Of a stretch of 45,002 nt of DNA, positions 15,796-24,242 are shown in pieces (position 1 is the stretch's first letter; each line of letters opens with the position of its first letter). A program made the position numbers and the translations under genes. The DNA is from Clostridia bacterium (GTDB lineage Bacteria; Bacillota; Clostridia; Oscillospirales; CAG-272): assembly GCA_017382615.1 (NCBI GenBank), contig JAFNZX010000220.1, positions 1 to 45,002 on the forward strand. Reading direction: 5' to 3'. The notes below the pieces were generated by a model that searched no databases, was not told the origin of the DNA, and saw only the letters and a program-made list of their open reading frames with translations.

Positions 15796-17123
15796 GCTCC
15801 CTGCTCCTCTCCGCTGCACAAAGCAGCCGTTTCTTCCAAAATGCCCAGATCAAACGCCAATCTGGACAGCACGTACTTATCGCGTATGTCCTTGGTCGAC
15901 TTGAAGGTCATGGGCAATATCTCCGATGAAAGTCCCCACGCCTCGACCGTTTTGGGACAGCCGATCTTGTCAAGCAACGCTGCAATAAACGCAGCCGTTG
16001 GGATCTCCTCTTTCATAATCTCTGTCAGCACATCCCAATGTTCAATGATCCTCTCCAGCCGCTCGGCATGCTTTTCCACCGCATATTTTTGCTCCTTGGC
16101 ATCCAACGCGATCATATCGTCCGCTCCGTTCCCCAAGAACGCAGCCAGCTCTGCAAACCACGCCTGCTTGTCAAAGCCTTGCGCATACGCAAGCCCCTTT
16201 TCGCGGTCGGGAGAGATTTGTTGCATCCCTTCATATAATCTTGCAGCGATCAGCGTGCCCACAGCGCACTGTATGCCGTGCGTGGACACCTTTTCGCCAA
16301 ATTCCACGCCGCGCATATCCCACAAATGGGAAAAATAATGCTCCACGCCCGAAGCGGGACGCGACGTGCCCGCATAGCTCATGGCAGCACCCGCAGCCAC
16401 CAATCCTTCAAATACCGCCTGTACTGCAATCTCGTCGCGCTGCAACAGCCCGTCTGCGTTCTGCACGCACTTGGCAAGTGACTGTCTGATTGCGTCTGCT
16501 ACCGTTTCACAGTAATACTCACCCGTCACGATATGCGAAATGCGCCATTCCGCAATGCTGATATACTTAGCAAGCATATCGCCCAGGCCCGATACCAGCA
16601 TTTCCATGGGGGCATTCTTGAGAATATCCACGTCGCCAATGATCACGCCTGCACTCTTGGACGGGATCGATACCTTAAGTCCATTGCGCGTCATCGACGA
16701 GGTTGCCGATGCATATCCGTCCATGGACGGTGCTGTCGCAACGATCATATACGCCGCCCCCGACACACTTGCAAGTATTTTGGAGATATCCCCGATCACG
16801 CCCGAGCCTACCGCCAATACCAGATCGCATGCTCGGTCAAAATGCATGACGGCGGCGCCAACCGCTGCCTCATCGGGTTCAGGTGAATTCGCATATACAT
16901 ACTTGGCAAACGGGATCTCCTCCTTTGCAAGCAACGCTTGTACATGCTCGCCCGCAGCCGCGAAGGTATTGGCATCTGCCAACACGAAAACCTTTCTGTA
17001 GCCGTGGCGACGAATCTCCTCGGGCAGCTGCGCCAGCACGCCCTTGCCAACGATCACTCGCTCCAAGGCGCACTGATGTACTTTTCCGCATGCACAAATC
17101 TGCTCATTATGATTCAGATACAT
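15792..17123 (-). CDS. iron-containing alcohol dehydrogenase superfamily, sn-glycerol-1-phosphate dehydrogenase (AraM/EgsA)-like, 443 aa
   Basis: Track ORF 15792..17162, trimmed to MYLNHNE (ATG 17123..17121, GGAGGAG upstream). It contains KVFVLADANTF, LAVGSGVIGDISK, GLGDMLAKY and SGVEHYFSHLWDM, which resemble G1PDH/DHQS-like NAD and metal-binding motifs. Confidence 0.7.
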   Translation of the reverse strand: MYLNHNEQICACGKVHQCALERVIVGKGVLAQLPEEIRRHGYRKVFVLADANTFAAAGEHVQALLAKEEIPFAKYVYANSPEPDEAAVGAAVMHFDRACDLVLAVGSGVIGDISKILASVSGAAYMIVATAPSMDGYASATSSMTRNGLKVSIPSKSAGVIIGDVDILKNAPMEMLVSGLGDMLAKYISIAEWRISHIVTGEYYCETVADAIRQSLAKCVQNADGLLQRDEIAVQAVFEGLVAAGAAMSYAGTSRPASGVEHYFSHLWDMRGVEFGEKVSTHGIQCAVGTLIAARLYEGMQQISPDREKGLAYAQGFDKQAWFAELAAFLGNGADDMIALDAKEQKYAVEKHAERLERIIEHWDVLTEIMKEEIPTAAFIAALLDKIGCPKTVEAWGLSSEILPMTFKSTKDIRDKYVLSRLAFDLGILEETAALCSGEEQGA

Positions 17124-17152
17124 ATTTTTCTCCTCCAGTATTTCAGTCAAAA

Positions 17153-17178
17153 CCCCCGACACGCAACGGCATCGGGGG
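17153..17178 (-). terminator. terminator or attenuating hairpin after SBP paralog B, immediately upstream of the dehydrogenase gene
   Basis: The minus strand reads cccccgat-gccgttgcgtg-tcggggg followed by ttttgac. Confidence 0.6.
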
Positions 17179-17195
17179 TGCGGTATAGCCGCGGT

Positions 17196-18680
17196 TTATT
17201 CCTCCGCCAGCTTTTCCAGCTTTTTGTGTATCTTGGCAAGGCATCTGTCAACCGTGCCGCCCAGCTTTGCGCATTTGGAGGCAACCGAGTTCTTTTTGCT
17301 GTTGGAAATCTCACGCATCTTGTGGTGCGGACAGTTCATGGGCACAACGTAGGTCACCGCAGGATCAATTCTGACCTCGTCAAAGATCAGATCCAGCATA
17401 TCCCACGCAACGGGATCGCTCATATACTTACGCTTGAGCGCGATCTCGTAGTACGCAGGCTTAACCGATTTCTCCGATTCGGAAGCCATGACCTCCATGG
17501 CAGCACCGATCATTTGCAGCTTATCCTCTGCGGCAGATGCGGGAACGGCAAAAACCGTGAACTGGTCATGAATCATGGTACCGTAACCCTCTTGCGCTTG
17601 GTCGTACTTGGGAACGGGAGCAATGCCGTATTGGATCTCCATGGCGCGCACGTCGGGCTGCTCAACGGCTACAAGGCGAATGGTGTTCATGGCACATTCA
17701 CCTCTGACGAACATTTCACGGATCTCATCCTGCTCCACGTTCAAGGACATGACCGGGAACAGGTGCGTGCCGCCACAGTCGTAAAACAAATACAGCACCT
17801 TATCCATGACGTCGGAAAAGCGCGCAATGTCCAGCACGTACTCGTAATATCCCTCCGCATTCTTTTGCACGATGGGCAGGTGGCAGGATGCCCAGTACGC
17901 ATCCGTATTGATACCCGTGCAGGAAACGAAGCCGAAGAAATCCCCCTCGTCCTTTTTATTGTTTCCGTTCTTATCCTGATAAAAATCCTGCGCGAGTGCC
18001 GCCTGGTAATCCAGCGTCCACTCGTTATTGGCGATTGCCTCGTAAGGATACGGAACCTTTTTATCGTCAAACGCATCCTTGTTGAACATGGTCACGAATG
18101 CAAAGCGATACGTAGAAAGCGCGATTGCACCCGTAGCGGTATGCTGTGCACCGCCAAAGGACATAGCGTCGTTATACTCCTGCATCCAATAGCCCTGATC
18201 CAGATCCAGATACTCAAGCTGTGCAAGATTGTAGAATGTGCCATCCAGAGCGGCGGGAGTGGTCACGTAAACGGCGGCTGCCACCATATCGTACTCGTCC
18301 GATCCCGACTTGACAACGCGTTTGATGGTATCGATAGGCACGTTTTCATCCGGATTGTCAATGGGCGAAGAAACAACATTGACGTTCAGACGATCGGTCA
18401 CGGCAATATTTCTGTTGAACATAGCGTCGTTGACGGGCTCGGAATTGAGCTCGGGAACGGCAACCTCGTCCCACGTCCAGCCCATCAGGGCACGGTTCAG
18501 AATGACAATATCCTCCCCGTTATATTGCAAATCCTCGGGAATATTGTCAAGATGCGCAGGCTCGGTGCTCTCATTCTCCTGTGAGGCACTCTCCACCGGC
18601 GTCTGCTGCTCCTCCGCACAGGCAAGCAGCGCAACAGCCAAGGTTGCATACAACAAAAGTACAGCAATCAGTTTTTTCAT
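17196..18680 (-). CDS. ABC-transporter extracellular solute-binding lipoprotein, paralog B
   Basis: 494 aa with the signal MKKLIAVLLLYATLAVALLAC. It aligns with 11610..13085 throughout, for example NGEDIVILNRALMGWTWDEVAVPELNSEPVNDAMFNRN against DGEDVTVLNRSMFGWTADEIAVPEQNSDPVNDAMFNRN. Confidence 0.75.
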   Translation of the reverse strand: MKKLIAVLLLYATLAVALLACAEEQQTPVESASQENESTEPAHLDNIPEDLQYNGEDIVILNRALMGWTWDEVAVPELNSEPVNDAMFNRNIAVTDRLNVNVVSSPIDNPDENVPIDTIKRVVKSGSDEYDMVAAAVYVTTPAALDGTFYNLAQLEYLDLDQGYWMQEYNDAMSFGGAQHTATGAIALSTYRFAFVTMFNKDAFDDKKVPYPYEAIANNEWTLDYQAALAQDFYQDKNGNNKKDEGDFFGFVSCTGINTDAYWASCHLPIVQKNAEGYYEYVLDIARFSDVMDKVLYLFYDCGGTHLFPVMSLNVEQDEIREMFVRGECAMNTIRLVAVEQPDVRAMEIQYGIAPVPKYDQAQEGYGTMIHDQFTVFAVPASAAEDKLQMIGAAMEVMASESEKSVKPAYYEIALKRKYMSDPVAWDMLDLIFDEVRIDPAVTYVVPMNCPHHKMREISNSKKNSVASKCAKLGGTVDRCLAKIHKKLEKLAEE

Positions 18681-18732
18681 GCAGTCGTCCTCTTTTCAAA
18701 ATAGTCATGTCCACGTCAAAAATTACACCATC

Positions 18733-18762
18733 AGTATAGCATACCGTTATCTGCATTGTCAA
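18733..18762 (-). promoter_or_regulatory. SigA-type promoter for SBP paralog B (and probably the downstream operon)
   Basis: The minus strand reads TTGACA (18762..18757), an 18 nt spacer, then TATACT (18738..18733). Confidence 0.6.
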
Positions 18763-18887
18763 CACAAAATCTTCTTTTGACTCTTATTTTGTGCATTTTT
18801 CTTAATTTCACCGCCTTCCGTGCTTCCCTTTCCCCATTTTGGGGCGAAGCCTATGTATTTTTTCCGTGTTTTGTCAACCATACTCCC

Positions 18888-18916
18888 TTGACAAAGCGCA
18901 ATACAAATAGTATGAT
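18888..18916 (+). promoter_or_regulatory. SigA-type promoter for the 18989..21316 gene
   Basis: TTGACA (18888-18893), a 17 nt spacer, then TATGAT (18911-18916). Confidence 0.65.
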
Positions 18917-18988
18917 ATAATTGTAGGCATCCAACGTTCCCCCATTCTTTTATAAGGAGGTAGCTCATTTTTCTGAGCGCATGCAAAC

Positions 18989-21316
18989 ATGAAAAAAAGC
19001 ATACTTTGCGTCATACTGGCTGTGCTGATGGTTTTGCCCCTGGCAGCCTGCACACCAAGCACCACCGAGCCCCCAACCGACACCGAAATCACGTCATCCA
19101 TTGATACGACGGATACTGAGCCGAGCGAGGAAAGCTCTGCCGAGCAGACCACGCAGGAGGCGCAGACCGAGCCCCCCTTGGAGCTTGACGTGCCCGCCTA
19201 CGAGGATATCGGGCTTTCCTCCATTCTCCCGGGCATTGATAACAGCGTCACCCTGAACTACAATTTTGCCGATTACAAATACAGCAAGCTGCGTTCTGAC
19301 AACAAGCTGGTCTTTACCTCCAACAAGGATTACGTGGTAGACAAGGGCGGCTTGACGCTGACGGCGGACGGCTGGAACAGCGTGGGCTTTGCGCATACAC
19401 TCAAGGAAGCCTATACCGCCAAGACACATATCACCAACCGCGGTGCTGAGAACAACGTGCGCTCCATCATGTTCGGCTGCCGCGTCACGCGCTCCAACCA
19501 CTTGTACATTGACAGCGGACTGTGGTTCACCTTCTCCGAAAACGCAGTCTATGCTCACGTCAAAAACGGCTTTACCAAGCTGATCGGAAATGAATTCCCC
19601 TTCAACGCCAAGGACGGCTTGGACGTGACCATCAAGGACGACGGCACAAATATTGAATGCTACGTCAACGATGTGCTCGTTGCCAAGGCGGTAGTCGAGC
19701 AGGAATGCCTTGTGCTCTATGATGCAGAGGGTGCTGAGGTAGGTCGCACGCCCGATCTTGCCCGCATTGCACACGGTGATACCTTAGGATACGTGCGCAC
19801 CATGTCCCACTTTGCGGATTCCACCACCAAATCCATGAGCCTTGTGACGGGCACCGTCATCCCCTACGCCCCCAAGGACACCATCACCGAGCTCAAAGCG
19901 GGATATTCCTATCTGCTCTCGGACAAAACGCAGATCAAAACGCAATACCCCATCACCCTGCACGACGGCGTGACGTTGCTGGACGTGCGCGCCGCTGCTG
20001 ACCTCTTCGGTTTTGCCTGCACTATCTCCGAGGACGGCACGCAAGCTACGCTGACCCGCGACAACGCAACGCTGACCTATACCGTAGGTACAGCCGCAGT
20101 AGATTTCAACGGCACAGCATACGCCTGCCCCACCACGACTTCGCGCGGCGGCAATATTCTGATCTCGGTTGACTATCTGGCACGCTGGATGGGCTACACC
20201 GTCACTTTGGAAGAGAGCTCGGTTTACGTAAGTGCCACCGCTGATACACTGACCGACGCACGCAAACAGGAAATAGCTGACCGCTATGCACTTTACGCCG
20301 ACGTCATTTACAACTACGACGACGTGGAGATCGAGCAGACCGGCGTTGGCAAATACGAGCAAACGCCCTATGAGGATCGCCTTGTGGGCATTGCCTACTC
20401 CACCTGGCTGTGCACCAAGATCATTACCTGGGGCAAAAACACCTGGGACACCCCGCTTTACGGCAACTACTACTCCGATGACCGCGACATGATCGCCAAG
20501 CACGCAGAGCTTTTGCGTGACGCAGGCGTGGACTTCATCTTTATCGACTGGACCAACAACACCACCTACGATCCCGCAACTATGCGAGAGTCCCGTTCCG
20601 ATTTCCGCATGATCGAGGAAGCAACCGACCTTGTCTTTGAGATATGGTCTACGATTGAGGGTGCACCCAAGATCTGCATTTTCGCAGGTCCCGGACATTC
20701 CGGCTATGATAACGTCAAAAACGGCAAACATCAGAAGAAGGTAGACCAAATCTATTCCTCTTACGTAGAAAAATATCCCGATCAGTATTTCCACTACCAG
20801 GGCAAGCCCCTGCTTATGTGCTACGGCGCAACGCCCAACCAGTACGGTGCGCGTCCCAAGTGGACGGACGACCGCTTTACCATTCGATGGGCAACCGGCT
20901 ACGTGGGTCAGCAGGACGGGCTTTATAATCCCAAAACCATGGCGACCCGCAACCAATGGTGGAGCTGGGAGGAGAGAGGTCTGCAGCCTTACTCCGTATA
21001 TGACAACCGCGTGGAATGCGTGACCTGCACTGCAGCCAGCCGTGCTCAGGGTTCTGAAGGTGACAGCGGCTACATTCCCGCTTATGGCAGAGAAAACGGT
21101 CTGACGCTCAAAAAGCAGTTCCAGCGTGCAAACGATCTGGGCGCGGGCATGGTCATTCTGATCTCCTGGAACGAATGGACCACGGGCGAGCAGCCCTCCC
21201 CCGAGGTCTCCAAGGACCTTGAGCCCTCCGTGGTTCACGGCACGTTCTATTACGACCTGCTTTGCGAGCAGATCAAAAAATTCAAGGGCAAGATCAGCAC
21301 CGACGCAGCAGAATAA
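18989..21316 (+). CDS. secreted lipoprotein: ConA-like domain + copper-amine-oxidase-N-terminal-like domain + GH99/WbsX-like TIM-barrel putative glycoside hydrolase domain
   Basis: 775 aa with the canonical lipobox MKKSILCVILAVLMVLPLAAC. The middle segment ITLHDGVTLLDVRAAADLFGF...ISVDYLARWMGYTV resembles a Cu_amine_oxidN1-type stalk domain. The C-terminal ~325 aa contain YYSDDRDMIAKHAELLRDAGVDFIFIDWTNN and ILISWNEWTTGEQ, which follow GH99/GH71/WbsX-like patterns. Confidence 0.65.
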   Translation: MKKSILCVILAVLMVLPLAACTPSTTEPPTDTEITSSIDTTDTEPSEESSAEQTTQEAQTEPPLELDVPAYEDIGLSSILPGIDNSVTLNYNFADYKYSKLRSDNKLVFTSNKDYVVDKGGLTLTADGWNSVGFAHTLKEAYTAKTHITNRGAENNVRSIMFGCRVTRSNHLYIDSGLWFTFSENAVYAHVKNGFTKLIGNEFPFNAKDGLDVTIKDDGTNIECYVNDVLVAKAVVEQECLVLYDAEGAEVGRTPDLARIAHGDTLGYVRTMSHFADSTTKSMSLVTGTVIPYAPKDTITELKAGYSYLLSDKTQIKTQYPITLHDGVTLLDVRAAADLFGFACTISEDGTQATLTRDNATLTYTVGTAAVDFNGTAYACPTTTSRGGNILISVDYLARWMGYTVTLEESSVYVSATADTLTDARKQEIADRYALYADVIYNYDDVEIEQTGVGKYEQTPYEDRLVGIAYSTWLCTKIITWGKNTWDTPLYGNYYSDDRDMIAKHAELLRDAGVDFIFIDWTNNTTYDPATMRESRSDFRMIEEATDLVFEIWSTIEGAPKICIFAGPGHSGYDNVKNGKHQKKVDQIYSSYVEKYPDQYFHYQGKPLLMCYGATPNQYGARPKWTDDRFTIRWATGYVGQQDGLYNPKTMATRNQWWSWEERGLQPYSVYDNRVECVTCTAASRAQGSEGDSGYIPAYGRENGLTLKKQFQRANDLGAGMVILISWNEWTTGEQPSPEVSKDLEPSVVHGTFYYDLLCEQIKKFKGKISTDAAE

Positions 21317-21330
21317 GGAGGATGGCGAGC

Positions 21331-22335
21331 ATGGAAAACAGATTTACATCCGTCCTGCCCATTGGCGTGGGACTTTATGAAAAAACGCCTGCCGAGCAGC
21401 GCAAGGTGGGCATTGCCTACACCACTTGGCATTGCGACGTTCTGCCCGGTTGGGGCGCAAAAACCTGGGATCTCCCCTTGGACGGTCCTTATAACTCGGA
21501 TGATCGCGACGTCATCTACAAGCACGCCATTTTGCTGCGCGATGCAGGGATCGATTTTATCTTCGTGGACTGGACCAACAACACCTGCTACGATCCCGTA
21601 CGCCAGCGCGATAGCGCACCCACCTTCCGCATGATCGAAGAGGCAACCGACGCGCTCTTTGAGGTGTGGTCCAAGATTGAGGGTGCCCCCAAGATCTGTC
21701 TGTTTGCAGGTCCCGGGCACAGCATGCCCGAAAATTTGGAAAACGGCAACCACCAAAAGAAGGTGGATCAGATCTGGCGCGATTACGTGGCAAAGTATCC
21801 CGATCTTTACTATAACTACGACGGCAAGCCGCTACTCATGTGCTACGGTGCTACGCCCAACTTCTACGGAGCTGATCCCACGTGGACAGACGACCGCTTC
21901 ACGGTGCGTTGGGTCACGGGCTACGTAGGCCAGCAGGACGACCTTTTCGATGCAGAAACGCTGCGCTCCTATCACTTCTGGAGCTGGGAGGAGCGTGCTA
22001 CGCAGACCTACACGGTTAAGGACGGCAGAGTGGAGTGCATTTCTGTCACGGCATCCAGCCGTGCGCAGGGCAAGGAAGGCGACCGCGGCTACATTCCCGC
22101 CCGCGGCAGAAGAAACGGTGAGACATTCCGCGAGCAATTCGGGCGCGCATGCGAGCTTGGAGCAGGCATGGTACTGGTGATCTCCTGGAATGAGTGGAAC
22201 AAGGGTGAGCAGCTTTCGGTAGAGATCTCCAAGGATCTCGAGCCCTCGAAGGTTCACGGTACCTTCTACTACGACCTGCTGTGCGAGCAGATCAAGAAGT
22301 TCAAGGGACAGATTGAGATCACGGCAGAGGAATAA
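21331..22335 (+). CDS. cytoplasmic stand-alone paralog of the GH99/WbsX-like putative glycoside hydrolase domain (334 aa)
   Basis: Track ORF 21262..22335, trimmed to MENRF (ATG 21331, AAGGAGG 9 nt upstream). There is no signal peptide. By eye it is roughly two-thirds identical to residues ~450-775 of the preceding protein (YNSDDRDVIYKHAILLRDAGIDFIFVDWTNN, LVISWNEWNKGEQ, HGTFYYDLLCEQIKKFKG). Confidence 0.7.
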   Translation: MENRFTSVLPIGVGLYEKTPAEQRKVGIAYTTWHCDVLPGWGAKTWDLPLDGPYNSDDRDVIYKHAILLRDAGIDFIFVDWTNNTCYDPVRQRDSAPTFRMIEEATDALFEVWSKIEGAPKICLFAGPGHSMPENLENGNHQKKVDQIWRDYVAKYPDLYYNYDGKPLLMCYGATPNFYGADPTWTDDRFTVRWVTGYVGQQDDLFDAETLRSYHFWSWEERATQTYTVKDGRVECISVTASSRAQGKEGDRGYIPARGRRNGETFREQFGRACELGAGMVLVISWNEWNKGEQLSVEISKDLEPSKVHGTFYYDLLCEQIKKFKGQIEITAEE

Positions 22336-22352
22336 GCCACCATACAAATATA

Positions 22353-22383
22353 CAGGGCGCCATCCGCATCGGATGGCGCCCTG
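22353..22383. terminator. bidirectional terminator hairpin
   Basis: cagggcgccatccg (22353-22366) pairs perfectly over 14 bp with cggatggcgccctg (22370-22383). It is followed by ttgtatctttgtctttt. Confidence 0.8.
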
Positions 22384-22413
22384 TTGTATCTTTGTCTTTT
22401 ATTCATCGGATCC

Positions 22414-24204
22414 TCAATCCGACTCTCGCTTCGTCTCGCGGATCCCTACCCCCATGAACAGGTCGGTGCGTCCGGGATAGGTGTTCCCGCATTCACCGGT
22501 GGGGACAAAGGAATACAGTCGGAAATCGTCGTTGTCCTGCAGGGTGATCTGCAGGCATTCACCCGCGCGCAAAACACCTGTTTCCTTGGTGAAATGCTCA
22601 TAGTACGTATAGTCACCGTTCCCGATCCCCGTCTCGCAGGGGGACAGGGTGCCGCTCACCGACTGATTTCCCGCATGAATGTTGAACACGGCGCATACGC
22701 CGCGCTGACCAAAGCGGTTGCGGATCTTGAAGATCCTGTCGGTCAGGGTGGGGTTTTCCGTGAGGCAATCGGCGGTGGGGGTCGCGCTCTCATCGGGGCG
22801 AATGATCCTGCCGTCCTCGGTGCAAAGAGGCTTCAGGATCGCGGGATCCGTCCGCCCGATCTTGTCGGACACGTAGATGGGTCCGCCGCTGATGGCGCGG
22901 CACAGACTGTTCTTGACGGCCTGCTCGTCGTCCGTCCACCACATATCCCAGTCATTGACGTAGAACTGCCCCTGCAAAAGGCCGTTGTAGGCGCATTGCA
23001 GAATGTTCTTGGCGAACCACTCGCGGCTTTCGGGCATGAAGTCGTCGGAGCAACGGCACACCGCGCTGACGCGGTTGAACATACACTCGGAGGGCATTCC
23101 CATGCAGTTGATGAGGGCGCCGTCAAAGTGCTTGTCTGCCGCTTGGTCGATCCCTCTCTGGATGGCTCTCGCGCTCGCGCCGATGGGCGCCACGTTCTCG
23201 AATCGCGTATGGAAGCCCTGGTTGTCGATCTTGACGAAATCACCGCCCCATGCCTTGATGCGGCTGCAGAGATCGTCGAAGTAGCGGGTAGCCTTCTCCC
23301 CGTCGGGAGAAACGATGATCTGCCCGTTCGGGAGGGTGACGGTGTTCTCTCTCTGCCGCTCCGCCTCGCTTCCCGTGGGGTCAAGCCCCGACCAGTAGCC
23401 CGTTGTGGGGAACCACACACCGACGGTGGGGATCCCCTCCCGTTTCACGTCCTCGATGGCCGCCTTCATGCCTGCGGGAAACCGCTTGGGATCCCCCGCG
23501 AAGGCGCGCATGGTACTGACGTGCATCATGCTGACCATTTTCCCGAACTCGGTATCCGCGGGGATCTCGTTGAGATGGGGCACGTCCGCCCACATATCGT
23601 CTATGATGGCAAAGCGGACGGGCACGCCCTTGTTTCGGAATTCCACGGCCTTTTCCACCAGCCCTGCGTGGTTGACGCGGATCTGCATGGAGTCCCACGA
23701 GCACCAGCCGAGATAGTTGAACACCTCGGGAACCGTCTTTTCCTCGCGGAGGCGCAGACCGTTATCCAGCAGGCGGCAGACCTCCCTTGCGGCCTCCTTC
23801 ATGAGTGCCAAGGGATCTGCCCCCTCCAGGCAAAGAAAGGCAAGCTGGCGGTCGCACGCGGTGACGGTATGGCAATTGGAATAGGTGCAGAAACCCACGC
23901 CCTCCTCCGCGCCGCAGATCAAGGTCTTGTAGGTTTCGTCGCAGACGGGGAGCCAGTAGGTGTAGGTGTTCCCCCGTCGGATCAGGAGGGCCTGCACCCT
24001 TTGGGGCAGCCGGGTCAGAGACTGACCCCAGAAGGGACGGCACCAGAAGGGGGAGTGGTTCTCAATGGCAAGATAATCCGCCGTATCGGGAACGACTGCC
24101 CGATAGGCGAGTCGGTCTCCCCTACCGCTGACGTAACAGGCAAAGCCGCTTTGGAGCTGTACTGTTTCAAATGTAATGCTCTGATTGTCGCTATTCAAGC
24201 GCAT
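22414..24204 (-). CDS. GH36-family raffinose-synthase/Sip1-like glycoside hydrolase
   Basis: Track ORF 22414..24222, trimmed to MRLNSD (ATG 24204..24202, GGGAGGA 6 nt upstream). It contains FNYLGWCSWDSM, RFAIIDDMWA, DFVKIDNQ and YVNDWDMWW, typical of the raffinose synthase (Sip1) clade of GH36. Confidence 0.75.
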   Translation of the reverse strand: MRLNSDNQSITFETVQLQSGFACYVSGRGDRLAYRAVVPDTADYLAIENHSPFWCRPFWGQSLTRLPQRVQALLIRRGNTYTYWLPVCDETYKTLICGAEEGVGFCTYSNCHTVTACDRQLAFLCLEGADPLALMKEAAREVCRLLDNGLRLREEKTVPEVFNYLGWCSWDSMQIRVNHAGLVEKAVEFRNKGVPVRFAIIDDMWADVPHLNEIPADTEFGKMVSMMHVSTMRAFAGDPKRFPAGMKAAIEDVKREGIPTVGVWFPTTGYWSGLDPTGSEAERQRENTVTLPNGQIIVSPDGEKATRYFDDLCSRIKAWGGDFVKIDNQGFHTRFENVAPIGASARAIQRGIDQAADKHFDGALINCMGMPSECMFNRVSAVCRCSDDFMPESREWFAKNILQCAYNGLLQGQFYVNDWDMWWTDDEQAVKNSLCRAISGGPIYVSDKIGRTDPAILKPLCTEDGRIIRPDESATPTADCLTENPTLTDRIFKIRNRFGQRGVCAVFNIHAGNQSVSGTLSPCETGIGNGDYTYYEHFTKETGVLRAGECLQITLQDNDDFRLYSFVPTGECGNTYPGRTDLFMGVGIRETKRESD

Positions 24205-24242
24205 AGTCATTCCTCCCTTCAAGGTGCGTCAAGAGGTATCCC

